Assembly (NCBI GenBank): GCA_050012855.1
Contig: JBEKGJ010000024.1
Span: 3,682-67,681, forward strand
Direction: 5' to 3'
DNA: 64,000 nt
DNA from: Verrucomicrobiota bacterium
GTDB lineage: Bacteria > Verrucomicrobiota > Verrucomicrobiia > Limisphaerales > J093
Below, piece after piece: positions 40,755 through 50,242 of this stretch. The notes beneath the pieces were generated by a model, which saw only the letters and a program-made list of their open reading frames with translations, did not search any database and was not told where the DNA came from. The translations under genes and the position numbers were made by a program. Each line of letters starts with the position of its first letter. Position 1 is the stretch's first letter.

Positions 40755-43580
40755 ATGGGAGCCATGATCAACGGTGTCCACCCGGTGGGCGGGGAGGTCC
40801 CGTCGCACGGTCCGTCGCCGCTGCCGCCTCAGCCTGCGCCAGGCTGGATCGCGGCCATGGTGCTCCTCGCCGGAATGCTGGCCGGACTGGCCAGGGCCTT
40901 CGCCGCACCGGGGCAGGTCTATCTCGTTTTGGGATCGGACACGGCGGTATGGAACGCCCCCGGCGGCGTGCAGGTGGCCAGGTACCGCGAACATTTTGCC
41001 CAGGACCTTTACACTCAACCCGATCAAAATGGCTTCCGGGTCATGGATCCGGCCTTTCGCGCTCAATTCGCCGATTCTTTCGGCCAGTCGCTCAAACTGA
41101 CCTGGTGGATGCTGGTCGGCAGCGTCTATGGACAGACCGACAACCAGAATGTCCCGCTGTCCAATCTCATGCCGCTGTATCTCATGCAGAAATACCACCG
41201 GGACGCCCTGCGGCAGTTTGGCGACGAGGTGTCGCTCCACTATCACACCTTCCTCTGGAGCGACTATAACGGGGATGGCGTCTATTATTGGAATCAGGCC
41301 CGGACCTTTCATGAATGTCGGGCCGACTTCGATCTCGCCCTGGCCCAAAGCCTGATCGAGGAGGAAGTCTTTCCCGTTTCCTTCCGGAGCGGCTGGCACT
41401 ACATGGACAATGAGTGGCAGAACTACCTCAATGAGCTGCTGCTCTACAACATGGATGACGACTCCCCGTTGGTGCAGCCGTGGACCGGCCTCGAACCCAC
41501 CTTTAACGTCCTCGACTGGTCCCAGGCTCCGACCAACTTCGTGCCGTTCCATCCGGCGACCACCAATTACCAGGTGCCCGGTGACGGGCTTGGCTGGAAT
41601 GTGCGGTCGGTTAAGTTTCCGAACGTCACGCCGGCCATGTTCGACGACCTCTTCACCCAGGCAGCCGGGGGCGCCGACCAGGTGGCTTCCTTTTGGGGCC
41701 ACCTGCCGGAGACGGATTTCCTCACGAATCTGGTCCGCATGGATGCCTTCGCCCACGCCGCCGCAAACAACCACCCGGAGGTCAAGTTTCGCTATTGCAC
41801 AGCCGTCGAGGCGATGCAGCGCTGGCGCGGGGTCACGGATCATACGCCGCCCCAACTGGAAGTCGGCGAGGCGGTCAACCAGGACGTCGTGACCCTGACA
41901 CTGCACACGGATGAACCCATCTTTCAGCCCCAGCCGTTTGTGGCCGCCAAGAGCATCTATCGGCAGTACCAAATCGTTCCCTGCGTGGCCACCGGCTCGA
42001 ACACCTGGACCGCCACACTTCCTTTCGTTCGCACCGAACTCGCCAAGGTCGGCCTGGCCGTCACCGACCCGGCGGGCAACCTTGCCACCCGGCTCATCCG
42101 CTACCGGCCGGACGACCTTTATCTCGACAACCTCGACCCGGAATATGAGGAAATCGCCGGCAACTGGCGAACCAGTGCGGAGCCCGCCTGGAGCACCGAT
42201 GCCCGTGAAGCGCCGCTGGCCCCGAACGAAACGGCCCGCGTGCGCTGGACTCTCCCGCTGACGCAACCCGGACCCTACAGCCTGTTTGTCCAGGTTCCGC
42301 CGGTCAGCGATCCCGCCGATCATACCGCGTTCCGGATCGTCTCGGGCGACACCGAGGTTGAATCGGTTTCGTTTGACACGCCGCTTCCTGGCAACCAATG
42401 GGTCTATCTGGGGACGCCAACTCTCGATCCGGCGGCCACTAATTACGTGGACATGGAGATATTTGCGAGTGACCGCACCAACGCCGTTGCCCGCGCCGAT
42501 GTCTTATGGGTGTCCCCGCTGGCCTTGCCCCTGCCGGGGTTCATCCAGAACCTCACGATCTCGCCCGGAGACTCGACCGCCTGCATCGCCTGGACCACCC
42601 CCCGGCCGGCGACCAGCCTGATTGAGTACGGACCGGACGCCAGCTTGGGGAGCTTTTCGACCACCAACACCCAGTCCGCCCAACAGGACGTGGTCACGCT
42701 GACCGGGCTTCAACCCGGACAGACTTACTCCTTCCAGGTCGTCTCGACGGCCGCCGCGCTGACTTATACTGAGGAAGGCACCTTCACAACCGCAACGGCC
42801 ACGCCCACGCCCGCGGACGAGTTCACGCCGATCTTCGGAGTGACCCACGTTTGGAAGTACACCACAGCGAATCTCGACGGCGAACCGGGTTGGAAATCTG
42901 CCGGGTTCGACGATTCGCTCTGGCCGGAGGGCCCCGGACTTCTCTGGGTGGACACTCGCCCGACCGGGGGCGATCCGGCGGTCCAGCCAAAAAACACGGC
43001 GATGCCAGCCAACCCGGCCACGCACTTCCCGTTCCTCACTTATTACTTTCGCACCCACTTCGTGCTGCCGGCCCTTCCCGCGGGCGCCTTTCTCTCCTTC
43101 TCCAATTACATTAACGATGGCGCCGGGTTCTATCTCAATGGCGTCGAAGTCCAGCGGAACAATCTGCCGCCCGCCCCGGCCGTGCTCACCAATGGCACGC
43201 TGGCCACGGCCTGCAACTGCCTGGGTGACGCGACCTGCCCGATTAGCTTCCACGTCAGCGGTGAAGCGTTGTCGGGCCTGGTAGCCGGAGACAACGTGCT
43301 GGCCGTCGAGGTTCACAACGACAGCGCCGACAGCCCGGACCTCACTTTCGGCGCCATCCTTGCCCTCGGTCAGAGCGTGCCAGCCAGGCCGCAACTCTCG
43401 TTCCTGCGGACGCCGGATGGCCTGATTCTCTACTGGAACGGACCCGGGTTTGCGTTGCAGCATAGCGACGGCCTGGATGCGGGCGAAGCCGGCTGGAGCG
43501 ATGTTCCGGGGACGGCCAATGTCAGTCCCTATTCCGTGTCGGGCGCGCAGCCTGGCTTCTTCCGCCTCCGTTCGCCCTGA
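40755..43580 (+). CDS. Secreted multidomain protein: deacetylase/GH57-like barrel, golvesin-like, FN3, lectin-like and C-terminal domains (start uncertain)
   Basis: Signal-like MVLLAGMLAGLARAFA; GSDT, LHYH and FRSGW motifs; WVYLG and LTGLQPGQTY (FN3); TYYFRTHF..NDGAGFYLNG; ends GFFRLRSP. Confidence 0.75.
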   Translation: MGAMINGVHPVGGEVPSHGPSPLPPQPAPGWIAAMVLLAGMLAGLARAFAAPGQVYLVLGSDTAVWNAPGGVQVARYREHFAQDLYTQPDQNGFRVMDPAFRAQFADSFGQSLKLTWWMLVGSVYGQTDNQNVPLSNLMPLYLMQKYHRDALRQFGDEVSLHYHTFLWSDYNGDGVYYWNQARTFHECRADFDLALAQSLIEEEVFPVSFRSGWHYMDNEWQNYLNELLLYNMDDDSPLVQPWTGLEPTFNVLDWSQAPTNFVPFHPATTNYQVPGDGLGWNVRSVKFPNVTPAMFDDLFTQAAGGADQVASFWGHLPETDFLTNLVRMDAFAHAAANNHPEVKFRYCTAVEAMQRWRGVTDHTPPQLEVGEAVNQDVVTLTLHTDEPIFQPQPFVAAKSIYRQYQIVPCVATGSNTWTATLPFVRTELAKVGLAVTDPAGNLATRLIRYRPDDLYLDNLDPEYEEIAGNWRTSAEPAWSTDAREAPLAPNETARVRWTLPLTQPGPYSLFVQVPPVSDPADHTAFRIVSGDTEVESVSFDTPLPGNQWVYLGTPTLDPAATNYVDMEIFASDRTNAVARADVLWVSPLALPLPGFIQNLTISPGDSTACIAWTTPRPATSLIEYGPDASLGSFSTTNTQSAQQDVVTLTGLQPGQTYSFQVVSTAAALTYTEEGTFTTATATPTPADEFTPIFGVTHVWKYTTANLDGEPGWKSAGFDDSLWPEGPGLLWVDTRPTGGDPAVQPKNTAMPANPATHFPFLTYYFRTHFVLPALPAGAFLSFSNYINDGAGFYLNGVEVQRNNLPPAPAVLTNGTLATACNCLGDATCPISFHVSGEALSGLVAGDNVLAVEVHNDSADSPDLTFGAILALGQSVPARPQLSFLRTPDGLILYWNGPGFALQHSDGLDAGEAGWSDVPGTANVSPYSVSGAQPGFFRLRSP

Positions 43581-43678
43581 ATGGCCTCCGCCTCCTTGGC
43601 CTGGGAGCATTTCACCGCTTGATTCCCGGCCTTCCACGACCGGACGGGCCATGAGCAGAGACGCAAGAACGAATGCAT

Positions 43679-43891
43679 CTACTTGTTGATCTCAAACCAC
43701 TCTTCGTAAGCGTCCTGCCACGCTTCCCAAAGTTGAGGCTCGGAATCCATGCCGAACGGATTCGGTGTTTCCTCAAAGCACGACGGATCACCGCGATATC
43801 GGGCTGCAGCCGCAGTGCCTGCTTGTTCACCGGTCGTTTTTGCCATGAGCGGTGTTGTCTTAGTATCTACTCTTGCGAATACGTTCTTCAT
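43679..43891 (-). CDS. Small hypothetical protein (70 aa) coupled to the nuclease gene
   Basis: ATGA overlap; NPF....LWEAWQDAYEEW motif. Confidence 0.6.
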   Translation of the reverse strand: MKNVFARVDTKTTPLMAKTTGEQAGTAAAARYRGDPSCFEETPNPFGMDSEPQLWEAWQDAYEEWFEINK

Positions 43892-45294
43892 AATTCAAGG
43901 CTCTTCAACCGCATGGCATGCGAGGCCTCCCGGTTGAACACATCAACGATTGCCGCCGGATTCTTTTCAATGGTGGCAAGGTCACCACCATTTACGAGGA
44001 CGAGACACAGGTTGGTGTCCCCCATGACTTTGTTGGCGTAACCGCGAGCACTCGCACCGATTTCACCTGTGGTGATCACGACAATCACGTTGCTTTTGAG
44101 CAGATGCGTGAGGCCGACTTCCTTTGCGACATCCTCCAGATTGACGTGCGACGTGTTCTTACACTGAACCTGCCAGCGCGAAAACACCAGCCGAGCGGAC
44201 TGAAAAACCAAATCCACTTCAGCGCCTCCGGTCGCTGAACCGCGCAGGCGCGTCGCCACGTAGTCCATGTCCAGAAGGCGCATGAGTTTGAAGGCGAGAG
44301 CTTCCAATGCCAGACCGCGTGCGTGAGTGTCTTGAGCTTTGAGGTCGTCAAGAATGCCGCGCATGGACTTGCGCAACAGCGGCCGCAAATCAGAAGAGGT
44401 CTGCTTTTCCAGTTGTTCAAGCAGTGGCGTGAGGATTTCCTTTTGCAGCTTTTCAGTTGACTGGACTGAAAACGGCTTCGCGCCTCGTCCCGCTTCTTTC
44501 GTGCCACGAAGGAGCGTCACGAATCCGGCTTTTTCCAAAGGATAAAGCACCTGTTTTGGCAGCCCCTTCTCATTGAAGTGCATGCCGTAAGTGGCGGTGG
44601 CGAGCTTCTCGATTTCGTTTGATTGGAACGGCCCTGCGCCAGCCATGTTGGCGAGCGTTTTGAGGAAGGCACGCTGCTCCGCCGACAAACCGGCGAGTCC
44701 TTCTATTTCCTCGCTGCTTGCCCCGACCAATTCTTTGAGCTTTGCCGGACACACGTTCCATCCGCTTGTGAACACGCCAGCCTTTTCGAGCCAGAGCCTC
44801 ATCATGCTGGGATGTTTCCCGCCGCGAGGAAAGTGGATGCCGCGATCTTCAAGCCACTCGCGGAGCTTCACCAAATCAACCGTCTCGCCCGCGGACTGAA
44901 TATCCTGCAAGCATTGCAGGAGCGTCATGCCGTGGAGGTTCAGCAGAATGTGCCGGGCAAGCTCCGCGTGGAGTTTGTCAGGTTGGCCGCGCAGCGCGTA
45001 AAGCTTTTCGCCGAACTCCGTGAGCCGGGCGTCTCGGTCAACCAGACCGTAAGCGATCATGCCCAGCTTCGTATTGTTTGCCAGTTTGCCACGGTTGTAA
45101 TCGCTGGTCGCGTTCTGACTGAAGTATGTGCTTTTGACCGCCGCCTCGAACGCTTTCCAGTCACCGCCATGTTCCTTTGCTAATTCGAGCACTACCGGCA
45201 GTTGGATTTGGGATGGAGAAAACTCGCTGCCGAATGGAAGGTCGCTCGCCTGCTTCTTGGGCGAACCTGATGGATTGTTCGTTTGATTTGTCAT
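43888..45294 (-). CDS. Restriction endonuclease with a C-terminal Mrr-like PD-(D/E)xK domain
   Basis: RGLALEAL, GGAEVDL, WQVQCKN; N-terminal winged-helix-like regions; lies downstream of the methyltransferase. Confidence 0.8.
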   Translation of the reverse strand: MTNQTNNPSGSPKKQASDLPFGSEFSPSQIQLPVVLELAKEHGGDWKAFEAAVKSTYFSQNATSDYNRGKLANNTKLGMIAYGLVDRDARLTEFGEKLYALRGQPDKLHAELARHILLNLHGMTLLQCLQDIQSAGETVDLVKLREWLEDRGIHFPRGGKHPSMMRLWLEKAGVFTSGWNVCPAKLKELVGASSEEIEGLAGLSAEQRAFLKTLANMAGAGPFQSNEIEKLATATYGMHFNEKGLPKQVLYPLEKAGFVTLLRGTKEAGRGAKPFSVQSTEKLQKEILTPLLEQLEKQTSSDLRPLLRKSMRGILDDLKAQDTHARGLALEALAFKLMRLLDMDYVATRLRGSATGGAEVDLVFQSARLVFSRWQVQCKNTSHVNLEDVAKEVGLTHLLKSNVIVVITTGEIGASARGYANKVMGDTNLCLVLVNGGDLATIEKNPAAIVDVFNREASHAMRLKSLEL

Positions 45295-45308
45295 TAAGCC
45301 TCACTTGG

Positions 45309-46493
45309 TCAACCGCGGCGTTTGCCTGGCGATGCTTTCCGCTTTGATGACTGCGCTTTTTCCAATAGCGTCATCTGTGGAGTTGCCGGCTTCGGCTGAT
45401 ATGAAACCGACTTCTCCGCCCTCTGATGTTTGATTGATGTTGTACGCTTTGCGCCACCGTCTGCCGCGAGCGGCGCGTCATCATCCACACCATTCCATAA
45501 GAGTCCCGGCTTGAAGGCGCGATAGGCGTCATCGCCATTCTGTTTTCCAGGTTTGGTAATTGGATACTTTTCCGCCTTGCCAAACTGAAAGCGACCGAGC
45601 GCACCTTTCAGATAATCTTCAACCAAATCACAGCAAATCCACTCACGCCGCGTGCTCTCGGCAGCTTCGCCCGTCGCGCAACTGCCACAGAACGGGTCAA
45701 CCACCAAGTCACCAGCATCGGTCAACATCCGAATAAAAAACTCCGGGATTTCGGTTGGGAATCGTGCCGGGTGTGGAACAATGCCCTGTTCGCGGCAATA
45801 CCGGATGTAGGCCGAGTTGCTTTCCGTGTGTGCCAGGGAAATTAAATTTGGGGGAATCGCCGCGCCGTTGTCCGTGCCAAACCGTTCAGAAATGTCGTGT
45901 CCCGACGGACGCAGCATCGGCTTGTAGCCCTTTTCCAGCAGCACCTTCATGCTCTCGGAGTATGGCTGGAGAACACGACGATTGCTCGCTTTTGGCCACG
46001 GCGATGGTGAAAGCCACCAAATGCAATTGACGGCATCCTTGACTCGGATTCGCCGAACGGTCACCCATTCGGCTGGCGTTGGCAGGCGCGCCGGATTCCA
46101 CCAAAAGAACTCCTGCGCCAAGTGAAATCCGAACTCCTTGCACAGCATGATGAGCAGTTCGTAGTGGTAAAGGCTTCGTGTTGGTTGCCCTGAAACCCAC
46201 GACCCGCCAATGTCAATGACAAACGACCCCTGCGGCTTCAGAGCTTTGTGGAATGCGGCGGCAAACGGTCGAAACCATTCCAAGTAATCATCCGCATCGG
46301 CGTTGCCGTAATCCTTCTTGCGAACCAGACCGAACGGCGGGCTGGTCATTATCAGGTCAACCGCGCCCGGCTCGATCTCCTCGCGGAACATGCCGAGCGA
46401 ATCACCGAGCAGAATCCGTCCGTGCGCCGTTTCGTGGAACAGTTTCACAGAGGTCGGCTGCATTTTCTTCGACTCGCTTTGCATGGCTGTCAC
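45309..46493 (-). CDS. Site-specific DNA methyltransferase (N4-C/N6-A, beta class)
   Basis: GDSL, DLIMTSPPF, HPARFP, VVDPFCGS. Confidence 0.93.
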   Translation of the reverse strand: MTAMQSESKKMQPTSVKLFHETAHGRILLGDSLGMFREEIEPGAVDLIMTSPPFGLVRKKDYGNADADDYLEWFRPFAAAFHKALKPQGSFVIDIGGSWVSGQPTRSLYHYELLIMLCKEFGFHLAQEFFWWNPARLPTPAEWVTVRRIRVKDAVNCIWWLSPSPWPKASNRRVLQPYSESMKVLLEKGYKPMLRPSGHDISERFGTDNGAAIPPNLISLAHTESNSAYIRYCREQGIVPHPARFPTEIPEFFIRMLTDAGDLVVDPFCGSCATGEAAESTRREWICCDLVEDYLKGALGRFQFGKAEKYPITKPGKQNGDDAYRAFKPGLLWNGVDDDAPLAADGGAKRTTSIKHQRAEKSVSYQPKPATPQMTLLEKAQSSKRKASPGKRRG

Positions 46494-46852
46494 GTTACCA
46501 CCGCCTTTGAATCGTCGCGTAAATACTTTCTACGTCTGTCGTTCCATTCCTGCAACTGGTGGTCGAAGGTTCTGTTGGCGTCGGCTTTGAAGGCGGAATC
46601 GTCCACCAACGCGGCGTTGTACGGCGTGAACCCATCCCGCGTGCCGGGCATCTTCACTTCCCCGGCGAGAATCAGCCTGGCGGCGTCGCCGTAAAAGCGG
46701 AGGTCGGAACGTTTGCGCTTGATGGCTTTCGACTGCTCAATCTCCGCACGACGGAAGGGCCATTCCGGGTGCTCGGCGAAAAGAGCGTTCGCCCAGCCCG
46801 CCACGCGGCTGCAAAACGTGACTTCGTATGTCCGCAGGTCCGTACTGGCCAT
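46490..46852 (-). pseudogene. Truncated N-terminal nuclease fragment of a Type IIG/HsdR_N-like gene fused to an unrelated tail
   Basis: KRSDLRFY..ILAGEVKMPG..G..PY; ends after about 120 aa with a GTGA overlap to the methyltransferase. Confidence 0.6.
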
Positions 46853-46955
46853 GCCGGTAGTAAAAGGACGCGCGGCCGATTTGACCAATCAAAAACGGCG
46901 GCTTGGCGCGACTCCCCGCTGGCTTTGCCGGCAACGCCTGCGCTACAGTCGCGCC

Positions 46956-47222
46956 ATGCAAATCCAAGTTCATCAACCGCCCGACGCCGAATTGCGCGCG
47001 CTCGGCGTGTTCGCCTGGCCCATCTGGACCTGCGACGCCTCCACCTTCGACTGGACCTACGACCAGAAGGAAACCTGTTACTTGCTCGCCGGCCGCGTCA
47101 CGGTGAAGGCCGGCGGCCAGTCGGTCTCGTTCGGCAAAGGGGACCTGGTCGTGTTCCCGTCCGGCCTGTCCTGCGTGTGGCAGGTGATCGAACCTGTCCG
47201 AAAACACTATCGCTTCGGCTGA
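46956..47222 (+). CDS. Cupin_3 (DUF861) protein
   Basis: WPIW, FDWTY..ETCYLL.G, GDLVVFP.G..W, RKHY. Confidence 0.9.
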   Translation: MQIQVHQPPDAELRALGVFAWPIWTCDASTFDWTYDQKETCYLLAGRVTVKAGGQSVSFGKGDLVVFPSGLSCVWQVIEPVRKHYRFG

Positions 47223-47339
47223 AATCCACCCGGCCACGAGAACACATCGTGGAAACGTCAACATTGCTTCGTTGTAGCGTCCTCGCCACATGCATCGGCT
47301 GCCATGCAGAACCGGTGAACACGGCCGGAACGCCCCGCC

Positions 47340-48578
47340 ATGAACGAAAGTGAATCGAGCACGCGCGAGCGTTGGCTGGTGCTGGCCGCCGCGTTCCTCG
47401 GCTGGCTGTTCGACGGGCTCGAGATGGGCATTTTTCCGCTCGTTGCCCGCCCGGCGCTGCAGAACCTGCTGGGGGTCGAGGCGGACGAGGTCGTGGGCGT
47501 GTGGATGGGGCGGATCACGGCGTTGTTCCTCGTCGGCGCCGCGCTGGGCGGTTTCCTGTTCGGCTGGCTCGGTGATCGGATTGGCCGGGTGCGGGCACTA
47601 ACGCTGAGCATTCTGGCCTACTCCTTGTTCACGGGATGCTGTTTTTTTGCGATGGCCCCCTGGCATCTGGGCGCACTGCGGTTTCTGGCGGCGCTGGGCA
47701 TGGGCGGCGAGTGGTCGCTGGGCGTGGCGCTGGTGATGGAATGCTGGCCGGACCGCCACCGGCCGCTGCTGGCCGGAGCCATCGGGGCAGCCTCGAATCT
47801 TGGTTTCGGCCTGATCGCCCTGCTGGGCGCTGTCTTCTCGGTCACGCGCGAATCCTGGCGCTGGGTCATGCTCGCCGGCATTGCCCCCGCCGCGCTGAGC
47901 CTGTTCATCATCCGCTATGTGCCGGAATCGGCCCGCTGGCGGCAATCCGTGCGCGCGGTGAAGGCGCACCCCTTGCACGATCTGGCGGCGCCCGGACTGC
48001 GACGCACCACGCTGCTGGCCATCGCGTTCGCCGCAATCGCGCTCATCGGCACCTGGGGCTCGGTGCAATGGCTGCCGCTGTGGGCGGACCAATTGACCGG
48101 CGGCCACGCGCAGCGCGCCAAGGCGGTCACGCAGATGCTGACCGCTTCGGGCGCGGTTGTCGGGTGCTTCGTCGGCCCTTGGATCGGCGGACGCATGGGC
48201 CGGCGGCCCGCGTATTTTCTGCTCTGCCTGGCTTCGCTGGCGGCCTGCGCGGTGTTGTTCCGCGGCATCCGTGATTATGGGGCCGCGTTCATGACCATGG
48301 TGTTTCTCGTGGGCGGCACCACGGCGGCTTTCTATGGCTGGCTGCCATTGTATCTGCCTGAGCTTTTCCCCACCCGCGTCCGCGCCCTCGGTCAGGGACT
48401 GAGCTACAACGCCGGCCGCATCCTGGCCGCAGTCGGTGCCCTGGAAATGGGCCGACTGATGCAGGCGTCCGGCGGGAGTTATGCGCGCGCCGGTGCCACC
48501 GTCACCCTGGTGTACGCCGTGGGATTGGGTTTGATCTGGCTGGCGCCGGAAACCAAGGATCGCCCCCTGCCGGAATGA
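47340..48578 (+). CDS. MFS transporter
   Basis: GWLFDG, GDRIGR, GMGGEW, PES, PELFPT, PET. Confidence 0.93.
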   Translation: MNESESSTRERWLVLAAAFLGWLFDGLEMGIFPLVARPALQNLLGVEADEVVGVWMGRITALFLVGAALGGFLFGWLGDRIGRVRALTLSILAYSLFTGCCFFAMAPWHLGALRFLAALGMGGEWSLGVALVMECWPDRHRPLLAGAIGAASNLGFGLIALLGAVFSVTRESWRWVMLAGIAPAALSLFIIRYVPESARWRQSVRAVKAHPLHDLAAPGLRRTTLLAIAFAAIALIGTWGSVQWLPLWADQLTGGHAQRAKAVTQMLTASGAVVGCFVGPWIGGRMGRRPAYFLLCLASLAACAVLFRGIRDYGAAFMTMVFLVGGTTAAFYGWLPLYLPELFPTRVRALGQGLSYNAGRILAAVGALEMGRLMQASGGSYARAGATVTLVYAVGLGLIWLAPETKDRPLPE

Positions 48579-48591
48579 AACGCTACTTGTC

Positions 48592-49998
48592 ATGAGCCAA
48601 CCTCCCGCCATCCGTGTCGTCGGGGCTGCCCTTTACCTCCTGCCGGTGGAAACCCGCGTCCCGCTCAAGTTCGGTCCCGAGACGCTCACTTCGGTCACGT
48701 GCGCCCGGGTGCAGATGACGGTGAGCGACGACCGCGGCCGACGGTTCGAGGGCTGGGGTGAAACGCCGCTCAGCGTGCAGTGGGCCTGGCCCGGCGAACT
48801 GTCCTGCGCCCGGAGGTTGGAGGCCATGATCTCCTTCTGCCGCCAACTCACCCATGCGTGGACGACGAGCGGGCTTGCCGGGCACCCGTTGGAAGTCGGC
48901 CACGAATTCCAGCAATCCTTTCTCCTCCCGCGCTGGACCGCGTTCAACCAGCCGCGCGCCGCCGGCGAAGCGATGCCGTGGCTGGCGGCCCTGGTCGGCT
49001 GCTCCGCGTTCGACCTCGCACTGCACGATGCTTACGGGCAGGCGTGTCAACGGCCGATCTACGAGCTTTACGGACCGGATTTTCTCCGGCGCGACCTCGC
49101 GGCGTTTCTTGAACCCGCCGCGGATGTGCCGGTGTCGTTCACCGGCCGTTATCCAAAAGATTACCTGCTCCGCGAACGCCGGGAAACGCTCCGCGCCTGG
49201 CACCTGGTCGGCGGGCTGGATCCGCTGACACCCGCCGACCTAACCGGAAGCGAACCCGCCGACGGTCATCCTGTGTTGCTCGCCGACTGGATCCGGCGCG
49301 ACGGGCTGCGGTGTCTCAAGATCAAACTCCGCGGCAACGACGACGCCTGGGACTTCGACCGGCTGGTCCGCGTCGGCGAAATTGCGCTGGCCCACGACGT
49401 CGAGGCACTCTCGGCAGATTTCAACTGCACCGTGCAGACGACGGATTATGTGAACGACATCCTCGACCGGTTGCACGCCGATCATCCGCGCATTTACGAG
49501 CGCATCCTCTATGTCGAACAACCGTTCCCTTACGAACTCGAACAACACCGGCTGGATGTCCGAAGCGTGGCCGCGCGCAAGCCGCTGTTTCTCGACGAGA
49601 GCGCCCATGACTGGCGGTTGGTGCGGTTGGGGCGCGAACTGGGCTGGACGGGGGTTGCTTTGAAGACGTGCAAGACCCAGACCGGGGCCATCCTCAGCGC
49701 CTGCTGGGCCCGCGCGCACGGCCTGGCCCTGATGGTGCAGGACCTGACCAACCCCATGCTGGCGCAAATCCCGCACCTGCTGCTGGCCGCGCACACGCCG
49801 ACGATCATGGGCGTCGAAACCAACGCCATGCAGTTTTACCCGGACGCGTCCGCGCCGGAAGCCACCGTGCATCCGGGCTTGTACCGTCGCCGCGCAGGGC
49901 TGGTGAATCTTGCCACCGTCCGCGGACCCGGCTTCGGTTATCGCGTGAATGAAATCCCGCGCCAACTCCCCGCGCCAGTCGAGGAAGCTGGGACCTGA
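48592..49998 (+). CDS. Enolase-superfamily (mandelate racemase-like) protein
   Basis: GWGE, FDLALHDAYG, LKIK, ADFN, EQP, LDES, GPGFG. Confidence 0.85.
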   Translation: MSQPPAIRVVGAALYLLPVETRVPLKFGPETLTSVTCARVQMTVSDDRGRRFEGWGETPLSVQWAWPGELSCARRLEAMISFCRQLTHAWTTSGLAGHPLEVGHEFQQSFLLPRWTAFNQPRAAGEAMPWLAALVGCSAFDLALHDAYGQACQRPIYELYGPDFLRRDLAAFLEPAADVPVSFTGRYPKDYLLRERRETLRAWHLVGGLDPLTPADLTGSEPADGHPVLLADWIRRDGLRCLKIKLRGNDDAWDFDRLVRVGEIALAHDVEALSADFNCTVQTTDYVNDILDRLHADHPRIYERILYVEQPFPYELEQHRLDVRSVAARKPLFLDESAHDWRLVRLGRELGWTGVALKTCKTQTGAILSACWARAHGLALMVQDLTNPMLAQIPHLLLAAHTPTIMGVETNAMQFYPDASAPEATVHPGLYRRRAGLVNLATVRGPGFGYRVNEIPRQLPAPVEEAGT

Positions 49999-50027
49999 GG
50001 AACCCTGCCTCCGACCGCAGCCGGATT

Positions 50028-50149
50028 GGACCGCGGCTGTGTGCCAGGCACCAGCCGCAGCGCCACCGCTCGATTGGCGTGCTGGAATACGCGTCACGTC
50101 GTTGGGTTGTTCATGCCGCTGCGACTGGCCTCCGGCACAGCCGCGGTCC
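50028..50149. repeat. REPIN-like element, family B
   Basis: ggaccgcggctgtgtgccaggcaccagccgcagcg ... cgctgcgactggcctccggcacagccgcggtcc. Confidence 0.8.
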
Positions 50150-50242
50150 GGGAGAACTGCCCGAATGCGTCCGGACCTCATCCGGCCCAACTTCCAGGCT
50201 TGAATGCGTCTCCCAACCGCGCATCATCCCGCTCATCAAACC

